A stretch of 64,000 nucleotides of DNA from Somniosus microcephalus (Eukaryota). The stretch covers positions 77,562,001 to 77,626,000 of the forward strand of contig CM126221.1 of NCBI GenBank assembly GCA_052327205.1, written 5' to 3'. Below, piece by piece: positions 1 to 12,148 of the stretch (positions within the stretch are counted from its first letter, which is position 1; each line of letters opens with the position of its first letter). Position numbers and translations under genes: made by a program. Below the pieces are notes generated by a model, which was given only the letters and a program-made list of their open reading frames with translations, searched no databases and had not been told where the DNA came from.

Positions 1-343
1 CCCGCGATCGGTCAGCACGGCGCTCTGCCTGAGTGCTGGTCTAATCGCGCGGGATTGCGGCTGCCTTGCTGGTCCAGGTCGGTGCTTTTTAATTTGCAGA
101 GCCTGCAGCGATGGCCCATCCCTTTAAGGGAGGGAAGGAGCCTTTGAACACGGCAGAAGTCTCCGCCCCGCCTGCTGCTGATTGCGCTTCAAGAAGGAAG
201 TGGAGATTGATTTAGCGCTCCGCTTCCTTCTTGGAGTGCAAACGGAGAATTTTCCAAAAGTTTGAAATCGTTAGCGCCTGGCGCTAATTTTCAAACTTTT
301 AAAAATTAGCGCCCCAAATGGGACGATAGTGAACTTCTCCCCC
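1..343. mobile_element. Right end of a GC-rich MITE (Harbinger-like), cut by window edge
   Basis: Ends GCGCCCCAAATGGGACGATAGTGAACTTCTCCCCC, resembling the terminus of MITE family A seen at 20484, 28704, 45071 and 57267. Confidence 0.6.
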
Positions 344-378
344 AGCATGTTTAAACTATATGTTGAACAAATATGTAT

Positions 379-848
379 GTCAGCCGTGGCTCAGTGGGCA
401 GCACTCTCACCTCTGAGTCAGAAAGCTTTGGGTTCAGAGTCCCACTCCAGAGACTTGAGCACAAAAATCTAGGCTGACACTCCCAGTGCAGTGCTGAGGG
501 AGTGCTGCACTGTCTGAGGTGCCATCTTTCGGTTGAGACGTTAAACCGAGGCCATGTCTGCTCTCTCAGGTGGATGTAAAAGATTCCATGACACTATTTT
601 GAAGAAGAGCAGGGGAGTTCTCCCCGGTGTCCTGGGGCCAATATTTATCCCTCAACATCACTAAAACAGATTATCTGGTCATTATCACATTGCTGTTTGT
701 GGGAGCTTGCTGTGCGCAAATTGGCTGCCGCGTTTCCTACATTACAGCAGTGACTACACTTCAAACAGTACTTCATTGGCTGTAAAGCGCTTTGAGATGT
801 CCAGTGGTTGTGAAAGGTGCTATATAAATGCAAGTCTGGCTTTCTTTT
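379..848 (+). mobile_element. tRNA-derived Deu-domain SINE (SacSINE1/AmnSINE1-like), full length
   Basis: A-box TGGCTCAGTGG and B-box-like GGTTCAGAGTCC; Deu core GTGCTGCACTGTC..GAGGTGCC..CTTTCGG..GAGACGTTAAACCGAGGCC; tail AAAGGTGCTATATAAATGCAAGT shared with the L2 3' end at ~6482. Confidence 0.85.
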
Positions 849-1160
849 TAAGGGTGTGCTGATGCAACTCAGGCCCCCTTTGAAAGTTTTACATTCTGTC
901 CTTATTTTATATCTCTATTATAAATTGCTATGTCCACAATGATGATGGAATCTGCCAGGGCAAACGTGCCATGCTGTAACTTGACAGAAGGTGCGACAGA
1001 CACGGGTGCTGGAAATTTCCTCGGGTTTGCGGGGGGAGGTGGTTGTCCTTCTGACCGATCGGCGTAACTTCGGCGGAAGTGCGGTGCAAACCCCGGATAA
1101 GCTGCTTAAATCGGAGTTATGGCGGTTGATCGGGAGAACTCTCGAAGAAACACAATAATC

Positions 1161-1430
1161 CCTTTGGCAGGCAGTAGCCAAAATCGGGCTAGAAATTGCG
1201 GCCGGTGGCGTATCTCCAGCGTACGTCTCCGACCTGTGAAAGAATTACCAAACTACCTGCTGGCGGCGAGGCTGCAAACACCTGCGGTCTCGGGCCTCGA
1301 GGCGGCGGGCAGCGTAATGGCCCACGGATCCCAGGGACGCAAGCGGTGCGGGAGCGTATCTGGGAATCACACTGGAGGTATGCCTCCGGCTGCAATTTCT
1401 AGCCCGATATTGGCTACTGCCTGCCAAAGG
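1161..1430. repeat. Hairpin element with 60-bp inverted arms around a small MITE (TIR GGGCTAGAAATTGC)
   Basis: 1161-1220 is the reverse complement of 1371-1430 with few mismatches. Confidence 0.8.
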
Positions 1431-2614
1431 CTTTCGATAAGGTCCCACATAAGAGATTAGTGTGTAAAGCTAAGGCACATGGGATTGGGGGCAAAGTACT
1501 GACTTGGATAGAGAACTGGTTGGCAGACAGGAAGCAGAGAGTTGGAATAAACGGGTCTTTTTCCGAGTGGCAGGCAGTGACTAGTGGGGTACCGCAGGGA
1601 TCGGTGCTAAGACCCCAGCTATTCACAATATATATTAATGATCTAGACGAGGGAACTAGATGTAATATCTCCAAGTTTGCAGACGACACAAAGCTGGGTG
1701 GGCATTTGTGCTGTGAGGAGGATGCCGAGAAAATCCAGTATGATTTGGACAGGTTGGGTGATTGGGCAGATGCATGGCAGATGCAGTATAATGTGGATAA
1801 ATGCGAGGTTATCCACTTTGGTGGCAAAAACAGGAAGGCAGATTATTACCTGAACGGCAATAGATTGGGAAAAGGGGAAGTGCAACGAGACCTGGGTGTC
1901 CTTGTGCACCAGTCGCTGAAGGTAAGCATGCAGGTGCAGCAGGCGGTTAAGAAGGCAAATGGTATGTTGGCCTTCGTAGCGAGAGGGTCTGAGTACAGGA
2001 GCAAGGATATCTTGCTGCAGTTGTACAGGGCCTTGGTGAGACCACACCTTGAGTATTGTGTGCAGCTTTGGTCGCCTTATCTGAGGGAGGATGTTCTTGC
2101 CATGGAGGGAGTGCAGCAAAAATTCACCAGACTGATACCTGGGATGGCAGGAATGACGTATGAGGAGAGATTGGGTCGATTGGGCTTATACTCACTGGAG
2201 TTTAGATGAATGAGAAGGGATCTCATTGAAACTTATAAAATTCTATCAGGACTGGACAGACTGGATGCAGGAAAGATGCTCCCAATGGCAGGGGAGTCCA
2301 GAACCAGGGGACACAGTCTAAGGATAAGGGGTAAGCCATTTAGGACAGAGATGAGGAGGAATTTCTTCACCCAGAGAGTGGTGAACCTGTGGAATTCTCT
2401 ACCACAAAAGGCAGTTGAGGCCAATTCATTAAATATATTCAAGAAGGAGTTAGATATATTTCTTAAGGCTAAAGGGATCAAGGGGTATGGGGAGAAGGCA
2501 GGGACAAGATACTGAATTTGGATGATCAGCCATGATCTCTTTAAATGGCGGAGCAGGCTCGAGGGGCCGAATGGCCTACTCCTGCTCCTATCTTCTATGT
2601 TTCTATGTTTCTAT
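1425..2614 (+). mobile_element. CR1 LINE, 5'-truncated (RT to 3' tail)
   Basis: [31 protein letters not shown] motifs; stop at 2207-2209; 3' hairpin and (TTCTATGT)n tail. Confidence 0.95.
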
Positions 2615-3430
2615 TACGTGGGCCCAGTCCTCCAATCACAAAGGAGAATTCCATTTCAATCATTTCCGTAGGGAATCCCCTAATGAGATGCTATGGAATC
2701 CCGAAATCTAATAATTAGACAATTTACAGAATTGGAGATTTATTCATAATTATCTTCATTCCACCAAACTCAATAAAAATTTTATTTTTTGATAGTTTTA
2801 TACACCATTAAAACTGTAATCCAGGCCAAAATTTGCATAAACTCATTTCATACAGTGTGCATGCAGAATTTAGGATATGAAAATGTTGAATTAATGGCTT
2901 AGATATCCCTTTACGCTGATGGGAACAGGCCCTGCACCTGCTGGCATCAACCGTAAGATTTACGTGCGCAATCGCTGGCCAGTCACTGGGCAAGTAGCCC
3001 AGCTCTGCGCTAGCGATTGCTTTTTCATGGCCCCCGCGTAGATTGACAGTCCGCAATTGCTGATCTTGCGCATGTGCAATGCGGAAATTCTGAACTCACA
3101 GTGGATTTCCAATGAGGTGTGGCGGCGTAGCCTAAGAGTATCGCCATACCGACCACAAAATCCGGGTCAACATTCTGCATTCTGCTACCGCCTAAATGTG
3201 GCATTTGCTTGTTGCAGGCACTAATTTTTTTAATTTAATTCTTTACTGGCCCATTTCACTTTCCACATTAAAAGGGCCATTTTCCTTCATGTGGAATTAC
3301 TGGGCCAACCAATTATCTGTGCTGGCTTGTGTTATTGTTGTGTTTCTCTGAGCGTAATTGTCCATTGGTACACACAGCTGGAGCTTTCTCCTCCTGAGAA
3401 TAAGCCTCCATTGTTCCGTTGGAACATAGG

Positions 3431-3864
3431 GAATCTCGTATCGGGCATGCGGACAATGTGACCCGTCCATCGGAGCTGATTGAGCATGGTCAAAGCTTCG
3501 ATGCTGGGGATGTTAGGTGGGCAGAGGAAACGCTTCAAGGACACCATCAAAAAAGTGTAACATCCCCATCAACACCTGGGACTCCCTGGCCCAAGACCGC
3601 ACAAAGTGGAGGAGAAGCATCCAGGAAGGCGCCGAACACCTCGAGTCTCTTCGCCGGAAGCAAGCGGAAGCCAAGTGCAGGCAGCGCAAGGAGCGCACGT
3701 CAACCCAAGCACCTTACCCACCCGCCCCTTCAACCACCATCTGCCCCACCTGTGACAGAGACTGTAGGTCCCGCATTGGACTCATCAGTCACCTGAGGAC
3801 TCATTTTTAATGTGGAAGCAAGTCATCCTCGGTTCCAAGGGACTGCCTAAGAAAAAGAAGAGAA
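3431..3864 (+). mobile_element. RTE LINE 3' fragment (family A) with inverted 5' segment
   Basis: 3431-3513 encodes PSIEALT..QLRWTGHIVRMPDTR on the minus strand; 3514-3810 encodes GGQRKRFKD..CPTCDRDCRSRIGLISHLRTH on plus; AAG-rich tail; TSD GGAACATAGG at 3421-3430 and 3865-3874. Confidence 0.85.
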
Positions 3865-4250
3865 GGAACATAGGAATGGGAGGAGGCCATTCAGCCCCTT
3901 GAGCCTGTTCTGCCATTCAATGAGATTATGGCTGATCTGTATCCTAACTCCATTTACCCTCCTTGGCTCCATATCCCTTAATACCCTTGGCTGGCAAAAA
4001 TCTATCGATCTCAGATTTTAAATGATTAATTGAGCCACAGCGTCTACTGCTTTTTGTGGGAGAGAGTTACACACTTCTACCTCCCTTTGCCTGTAGAAGT
4101 GTTTCCTAACTTTTCTCCTGAACGGCCTGGCTCTGATTTTAATGTTACGTCCCCTAGTCATAGACTCTCCTCACCAGCGGAAAAGGTTTCTCTCTATCTA
4201 CCCTCTCAATTCCTGTCAAAATCCTAAAATCCTCAATCAAATCACCCCTT
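3865..4250 (-). mobile_element. CR1 3' fragment
   Basis: Reverse complement of the CR1 3' UTR (GGCCATTCAGCCCCTTGAGCCTG) and degraded C-terminal coding sequence. Confidence 0.8.
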
Positions 4251-4479
4251 CACCTTCCAGGGATGCAAGAGATGCCTCTGGTGCAATATCTAGTCATCTT
4301 GTCTCGGATATTGGCTCCTCCTTTCTGTTAGCAGCATCAGCACAAAAAGAGGAAAATTGGAAGGCGAATTGATGTGTCACCCTAGCTTTTCCCAAGCTCC
4401 TGAAGTAACTGTCTACCATTAGATGGGGAAGTGAAGCATCTGCTGGAATTCAGCTGTTCCATGAATAGGTGGTATACAT

Positions 4480-5590
4480 TTACACAGGATTACATCGGAT
4501 ATACGGCCCAGAAACAGGCCATTCGACCCAACCAGGCCATGCCGGCGTTTATGCTCCACTCGAGCCTCCTCCCGTCTTTCCTCATCTAAATCTATCAGCG
4601 TAACCCTCTATTCCCTTCTCCTGCATATGTTTGTCCAGCCTCCCCTTAAATGCATCGATACTATTCGCTTCACCCACTCCCTGTGGTAGCGAGTTCCACA
4701 TTCTCACCACTCTCTGGGTAAAGAAGTTTCTTCTGAATTCCCTATTGGATTTCTTGGTGACTATCTTATATTGATGGCCTCTAGTTATGCTCTTCCCCAC
4801 AAGTGGAAACACTTTCTCTGTATCCACTCTATCAAAACCTTTCATAATTTTAAAGACCTCTATTAGGTCACCCCTCAGCCTTCTCTTTTCAAGAGAAAAG
4901 AGACCCAGCCTGTTGATCCTTTCCTGATATGTAGACCCTCACATTTCTGGTATCATCCTTATAAATCTTCTCTGCACCCTCTCCAGTGCCTCTCTATCCT
5001 TTTTATAATATGGCGACCAGAACTGTACGCAGTACTCCAAGTGTGGTCTAACCAAGGTTCGATACAGGTTTAGCCTAACTTCTCTACTTTTCAATTCTAT
5101 CCCTCCAGAAATAAACCCTAGTGCTTGGTTTTCTTTTTTTATGGCCTTGTTAACCTGTGGCATAACTTTTAGTGATTTGTGTATTTGTACTCCGAGATCC
5201 CTTTGTTCCTCTACCGCATTTAATATTCTTATTGTCCAAGTAATATGTGACATCCTTATTTTTCTTACCGAAATGTAATACCTCACATTTATCTGTGTTG
5301 AACTTCATTTGCCAATTATATGTCCATTCTGAAGGTTTATTAATGTTCTCCTGTAATTTGTTGCAGTCCTCCTCAGCATTAACTATCCCCCCCCCAATTT
5401 TTTGTCATCCGTAAATTTAGAAATTGTGTTTTTGATTCCAAAATCTAAATTGTCAATATAAATTGCGAACAACAGTGGTCCCAGCACTGATCCGTGCAGG
5501 AACCCACTTTCCACCTCCTGCTACTGTGACTAGCTACCCTTTACCCCAACTCTCTGCTTTCTGTCTTGAAGCCAGCCAGCTATCCATTCA
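4480..5590 (-). mobile_element. CR1 LINE, 5'-truncated
   Basis: Minus ORFs with RPHLEYCVQFWSP and RRNFFTQRVV..WNSLP. Confidence 0.9.
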
Positions 5591-5917
5591 GGTTACTCAT
5601 GTTACAACAATAACCCTACTCCCAGTTCCTGCAACCAGGATTGTCATGCTTCTAAGGATCCGCTTTTCCAAACCTTTTCCCCTTAGAGAACGCTCATTCC
5701 TCGGGGTCAAAGATCAGGAAAAAGAGGGTGGTGGCCAGTTTCACCAGGTGTCTGCCCCTTTACATTGCCTCAGGATTCCCAGCTCTTCCTGGGGATGGGG
5801 CAGGTGTGGAGTTGGGCCTGCATGGGCACTTGGAGCAGTTGCTGGCCCATCGCGTTAATCATGTTAATGAGACAGAAGGAGGCTTACTCGGCCTCTCGCT
5901 TCTTTCTCCTGTACTTG

Positions 5918-6515
5918 ATCCGTGCCTTTGTTACTTATAGACTTGACTATTCCAACGCACTCCTGGCTGGCCTCCCACATTCCAGCCTACGTAAACTTGA
6001 AGTCATCCAAAACTCGGCTGCCCGTGTCCTAACTCGCACCAAGTCCCGTTCACTCATCACCCCCTGTGCTCGTTGACCTACATTGGCTCCCGGTTAAGCA
6101 GCGCCTCGATTTCAAAATTCTCATCCTTGTTTTCAAATCCCTCCATGGCCTCGCTCCTCCCTATCTCTGTAATCTCCTTCAGCCCCTCAACTCCCCGAGA
6201 TATCTGCGCTCCTCTAATTTTGCCCTCTTGAGTACCCCTGATTATAATCGCTCCACCATTGGTGGCCGTGCCTTCTGTTGCCTGGGCCCTAAGCTCTGGA
6301 ATTCCCTCCCTAAACTTCTCCGCCTCGCTACCTCTCTCTCCTCCTTTAAGATGCTCCTTAAAACTTACCTCTTTGACCAAGCTTTTTGTCACCTGCCCTA
6401 ATTTATCCTTATGTGGATCGGTGTCAAATTTTTTTGTCTTAAAATACTCGTGTGTAGCACCTTGGGACATTTTACTACATTAAAGGTGCTATATAAATAC
6501 AAGTTGTTGTTGTTG
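5918..6515 (+). mobile_element. L2 LINE 3' end
   Basis: AFVT.RLDYSNALLAGLP, QNSAARVLT, LHWLPV..RLDFKIL, GPKLWNSLP; tail AAAGGTGCTATATAAATACAAG(TTG)n. Confidence 0.92.
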
Positions 6516-6894
6516 TCCTTGCAGGAGCGGAGCAACAAGCTGGAGGATGCCAAATGCAATAATTAACATTTAAAAAAAAGTTCTTAGGGCTTTCGCCAGC
6601 AGAAGACCCCAAAGCTGGCGAGGAGGCACACAGCTGTATGGCCTCTCTGCTCTGAAGCTGCACCCCAATTTCTTCCTGCTTTTCTACTGTGCTGGGATAG
6701 AACGGCTCAGGACAGGAAATGCTGGCACCTCAGGGTCTGTACATGTGTAGTGCGCTATTCCAGTCCAGCAATGGGTGGGTGGGAGGGGGGCTTAAGGAAA
6801 ATCAGTCCCTGATATTTCTCTATCTATACCTACTCATGTTAAGTAGCGCTTACTTAGCAGCATAAGAATGCACGTATGTCCAGAAAAAAAATTA

Positions 6895-7218
6895 CTGCCT
6901 TTCGGACGAGGCAGTAAATTGAGTCTGCTCTCTCAGGTGGATGTAAAAGATCACATGGGACTATTTTGAAGAAGAGCAGGGGAGTTCTCCCCCGTGTCCT
7001 GGGGCCAATATTGATCCCTCAATCAACATCACTAAAACAGATTATCTGGTCATTATCACATTGCTGTTTGTGGGAGCTTGCTGTGCGCAAATTGGCTGCC
7101 GTGTTTCCCACATTACAACAGTGACTACACTTCAAAAAGTACTTCATTGGCTGTAAAGTGCTTTGGGACGTCCGGTGGTCATGAAAGGTGCTATAGAAAT
7201 GTGAGTCTGTCTTTCTTT
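6895..7218 (+). mobile_element. Deu-domain SINE, 5'-truncated
   Basis: Closely matches 525-840. Confidence 0.85.
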
Positions 7219-7282
7219 CCGCTTCTCGTTGTTACAAGAGTGTACTACAGACATTTCTTTATAGGGTTCATTTTGCGCCCAA

Positions 7283-7940
7283 GTGTGTGTGTGTGTGTGT
7301 GTGTGTGGCATGTTTGCATGTGCATAGGAGTGTGTGTGGGCGTGCGTATGTTCACGTGGCTGTGCGCATGTGCATGTGGGTGTGGGCACAGGTGTGCCCA
7401 TGTGTGCACGCCCAAGTGTGCATGCATGTGCCTGTGTAGACNNNNNNNNNNNNNNNNNNNNNNNNNNNNNNNNNNNNNNNNNNNNNNNNNNNNNNNNNNN
7501 NNNNNNNNNNNNNNNNNNNNNNNNNNNNNNNNNNNNNNNNNNNNNNNNNNNNNNNNNNNNNNNNNNNNNNNNNNNNNNNNNNNNNNNNNNNNNNNNNNNN
7601 NNNNNNNNNNNNNNNNNNNNNNNNNNNNNNNNNNNNNNNNNNNNNNNNNNNNNNNNNNNNNNNNNNNNNNNNNNNNNNNNNNNNNNNNNNNNNNNNNNNN
7701 NNNNNNNNNNNNNNNNNNNNNNNNNNNNTGGGGGGCACGTGTNNNNNNNNNNNNNNNNNNNNNNNNNNNNNNNNNNNNNNNNNNNNNNNNNNNNNNNNNN
7801 NNNNNNNNNNNNNNNNNNNNNNNNNNNNNNNNNNNNNNNNNNNNNNNNNNNNNNNNNNNNNNNNNNNNNNNNNNNNNNNNNNNCGTGAGAGTGCGTGTGC
7901 GCACTTGTCTGTGTGTTTCTTTAGTGTATGCGCATGTGTG
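7283..7940. repeat. (TG)n / TGCA-type microsatellite, partly N-masked
   Basis: TG runs flank N blocks 7442-7728 and 7743-7883. Confidence 0.85.
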
Positions 7941-9274
7941 AGCGTACCTCACAGTTTTCCGTGTATTGAAGGGGCTGTAGTGTATTGCACAGCAGCACAT
8001 TTTTTCGACTGTCCAGACCATTCAGCTGATTTTGCCAGTTGACCAATTTTTCAGTGAGCGCGTGGCTTGATATTTTGCCTTCATTTCTTTAATTCTTTTA
8101 CAAAACCTGCAGCCATAGTGGGAAGGGCAAAGGGTTAAATTGTTAAATTAATGAAGTCAATTATTTTAAACCTCCTTGGTAATTTAAAAAACACAAGTTA
8201 AATGACTGGATACCTCATAAGCAGAACTGATTCAAATTGGTTCTGATAAAGCTTGCTTAATGAAGATACGGCTACCTCTCAGTAAAGGTCAGCCGTGCCA
8301 CCCGAATCAATTTTAATTAGTTCAGTCCTGCCCAGAGAACCCAATAACAAATTGAACTTTTGGGCTTGCAGCATTTATGTAAAACGAATTGATTCTGTTT
8401 CAAATTCCAGTAATCAGAAATAATTTGATTTCAATTAATCGATAAGGAAAGATCAAATCGACGGTCGTACAGGAGGCGACAGCAGGCCAGAATTTCTTTT
8501 ATCTTGAAGCAGGTATTTCATTTGTCCTACATTTCACGGAAAATAACTGTTGATTCAGTTAATATATTACACAAATTAGATTCAAAAATAATGCGGCAGT
8601 GAGCCAACTTCCCATCAGCGGCTCTGCTCCAGGACATTTTAATGTAATTATTTCAGCAGGAGGGAGAGTACACAGAATGGAAAGAAAGACATTGAAAGAT
8701 AATAAGAACTGCAGGGATTTAGTCTACACAGAGCACAGCTGACAAGAGCTGATATGTTCAGAATGTTAAGATAATTTCTGTTATCCAGCAGCCTACTGAG
8801 AGATTTACTGAAGAAAATAAGTGTATCTAAAAATACCGTAACACCCAGCATTTGGCTAACCTTTTACTTGGTATTTGCAGGCTGGGAGTAAACTCACTAA
8901 AGTAGTTAAGAATGTTCGCTTTAAAGGGGGCTGCACATCTGATAGCTTTCCATTTTATCGCGGCAAATTAGAAGGGCCAATCGAAATGACAAATGTGTTG
9001 ATCGAAATTCTCAGCTGTTGCAACAAAACTTATAGATGCAACGAGAAAACATAGCTCCCACCTGGACTATAAAAGTATTAAGAAAATGACTGCCTGCACA
9101 GAAAAGAAAACTGAGCACATTAACAAAGGTTTGAAGCAGTGCTGTCAAAAAAAAATATAAGTGACATCCTAGAAATGGCCTGAAAAGTGATACTTTTAAC
9201 AAATGGCTTCTTCTTATGACAGTTTTCTTTTAGTGTGTTGACAAATACAATTTTCGCTAATGGTCCAGAAAGTA

Positions 9275-10988
9275 CATCACATCGAATGTACAGCACAGAA
9301 ACAGGCCAATCATCGAATCACATCGATTATACAGCACAGAAACAGGCCAATCATAGGATCACATCGACTGTACAGCACAGAAACAGGCCAATCATAGGAT
9401 CACATCGAATGTACAGCACAGAAACAGGCCAATCATAGGATCACATCGAATGTACAGTACAGAAACAGGCCAATCATAGGATCACATCAAATGTACAGCA
9501 CAGAAACAGGCCAATCATCGGATCACATCGAATGTACAGCACAGAAACAGGCCAATCATAGGATCACATCGAATGTACAGCACAGAAACAGGCCAATCAT
9601 AGGATCACATCGAATGTACGGCACAGAAACAGGCCAATCATAGGATCACATCGAATGTACGGCACAGAAACAGGCCAATCATAGGATCACATCGAATGTA
9701 CAGCACAGAAACAGGCCAATCATAGGATCACATCGAATGTACAGCACAGAAACAGGCCAATCATAGGATCACATTGAATGTACAGCACAGAAACAGGCCA
9801 ATCATAGGCTCACATCGAATGTACAGTACAGAAAAAGGCCAATCATAGGATCACATCGAATGTACAGCACAGAAACAGGCCAATCATAGGATCACATCGA
9901 ATGTACGGCACAGAAACAGGCCGATCATAGGATCACATCGAATGTACGGCACAGAAACAGGCCAATCATAGGATCACATCGAATGTACGGCACAGAAACA
10001 GGCCAATCATAGGATAACATCAAATGTACAGCACAGAAACAGGCCAATCATCGGATCACATCGAATGTACAGCACAGAAACAGGCCAATCATAGGATCAC
10101 ATCGAATGTACGGCACAGAAACAGGCCAATCATAGGATCACATCGAATGTACAGCACAGAAACAGGCCAATCATAGGATCACATCGAATGTACAGCACAG
10201 AAACAGGCCAATCATAGGATCACATCGAATGTACAGCACAGAAACAGGCCAATCATAGGCTCACATCGAATGTACAGTACAGAAAAAGGCCAATCATAGG
10301 ATCACATCGAATGTACAGCACAGAAACAGGCCAATCATAGGATCACATCGAATGTACGGCACAGAAACAGGCCGATCATAGGATCACATCGAATGTACGG
10401 CACAGAAACAGGCCAATCATAGGATCACATCGAATGTACGGCACAGAAACAGGCCAATCATAGGATAACATCAAATGTACAGCACAGAAACAGGCCAATC
10501 ATCGGATCACATCGAATGTACAGCACAGAAACAGGCCAATCATAGGATCACATCGAATGTACGGCACAGAAACAGGCCAATCATAGGATAACATCAAATG
10601 TACAGCAAAGAAACAGGCCAATCATCGGATCACATCGAATGTACAGCACAGCAACAGGCCAATCATAGGATCACATCGAATGTACGGCACAGAAACAGGC
10701 CAATCATAGGATCACATCGAATGTACGGCACAGAAACAGGCCAATCATAGGATAACATCAAATGTACAGCACAGAAACAGGCCAATCATCGGATCACATC
10801 GAATGTACAGCACAGAAACAGGCCAATCATAGGATCACATCGAATGTACGGCACAGAAACAGGCCAATCATAGGATAACATCAAATGTACAGCACAGAAA
10901 CAGGCCAATCATCGGATCACATCGAATGTACAGCACAGAAACAGGCCAATCATAGGATCACATCGAATGTACGGCACAGAAACAGGCC
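9275..10988. repeat. Minisatellite, ~42 copies of the 41-bp unit ATCATAGGATCACATCGAATGTACAGCACAGAAACAGGCCA
   Basis: Head-to-tail units without spacers; variant units recur at multiples of 41 bp. Confidence 0.97.
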
Positions 10989-11524
10989 ATTTGGCTCAAC
11001 TGGTCCGTGCCGGTGTTCATGCTCCACACGAGCCTCCTCCCACCCCACTTCATCTCACCCCATCACCATATCCTTCTATTCCTTTCTCCCTCGTGTGTTT
11101 CTCTAGCTTCCCCTTAAATGCATCTGTGCTATTCACCTCAACCACTCCCTGTGGTCACAAATTCCACATTCTCACCACTCTCTGGGTAAAGAAGTTTCTC
11201 CTGAATTCCCTGTTGGATTTATTAGTGATTATCTTCTATTTATCACCTCTAGTTCTGGACTCTCCACAAGTGGAAACATCTTCTCTACATCTACACTATC
11301 AAACCCATTCATAATTTTAAAGACCCCTATGAGGTCACCTCTCAGCCTTCTCTTTTCTAGAGTAACGAGCCCCAGCCTGTTCAATCTCTCCCAATAGTTA
11401 TAACCTCTCAGTACTGGTATCATCCTTGTAAATTTTCTTTGCACCTTCTCTAGTGCCTCTATATCCTTTTTTGTGATATGGAGCCCAGAACTGTGCACAG
11501 TGCTCCAAGTGTGGTCTAACCAAG
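10989..11524 (-). mobile_element. CR1 3' fragment contiguous with the minisatellite
   Basis: RPHLEHCAQFWAP, LEKRRLRGDLI on the minus strand; its 3' UTR runs directly into the array. Confidence 0.9.
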
Positions 11525-11851
11525 AATGTTAAGAAAGAAGTGATATAAATACTCAAAGTCTTGATGCTGACATGTGCCTCCTTGATGACATAAACTTTTT
11601 TTTGAAGTTCCCTAATTTTTCCTCGCCTCCACTCCTGAGGCACTTTATTGGTGAGCCGAGCCAGTGAGTGTCATCAGGCTGTTTTATCTGTGGGTACATT
11701 ATTGCTGAGGCCAGACCTAGCTTCAGTTGATGCCTACACACATGCACTTTCCAGTAGAAAAACCATTCGGAGCAGGAACCCTGGCTGTGTTTCTCTCTCC
11801 CTAGCCCAGGAAACAGGTTAATTGCAGGGACTGAGATGAAATAGGTTTAAA

Positions 11852-12148
11852 GACATAAGAATCAGGAGCAGGAGTCGGCCATTCGGCCCCTCGAGCCTGC
11901 CCCGCCATTCAATAAGATCATGGCTGATCATCGACCTCAACTCCACTTTCTCGCCCGATCTCCATATCCCTGGATTCCCCTCGAGTGCAAAAGTCTATCG
12001 ATCTCAGCCTTGAATATACTCAGACTCAGCATCCACAGCCCTCTGGGGCAGAGAATTCCAAAGATTCACCACCCTCTGAGTGAAGAAATTCCTTCTCATC
12101 TCAGTCTTAAATGGCCAACCCCTTATCCTGAGAATATGCCCCCAGGTT
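11852..12148 (-). mobile_element. CR1 3' fragment
   Basis: FKTEMRRNFFTQRVVNLWNSLP and CR1 3' hairpin. Confidence 0.88.

Noticed and set aside
379-460. tRNA gene
   Set aside because: The A/B boxes belong to a SINE head repeated at 27118 and 53103; no complete cloverleaf.
1414-2481. Antisense ORFs over CR1, RTE and Gypsy coding regions
   Set aside because: Shadow frames of the retroelement ORFs.
9275-10988. CRISPR-like array next to a reverse transcriptase fragment
   Set aside because: Units are contiguous with no unique spacers, there are no cas genes, and the unit derives from the CR1 tail.
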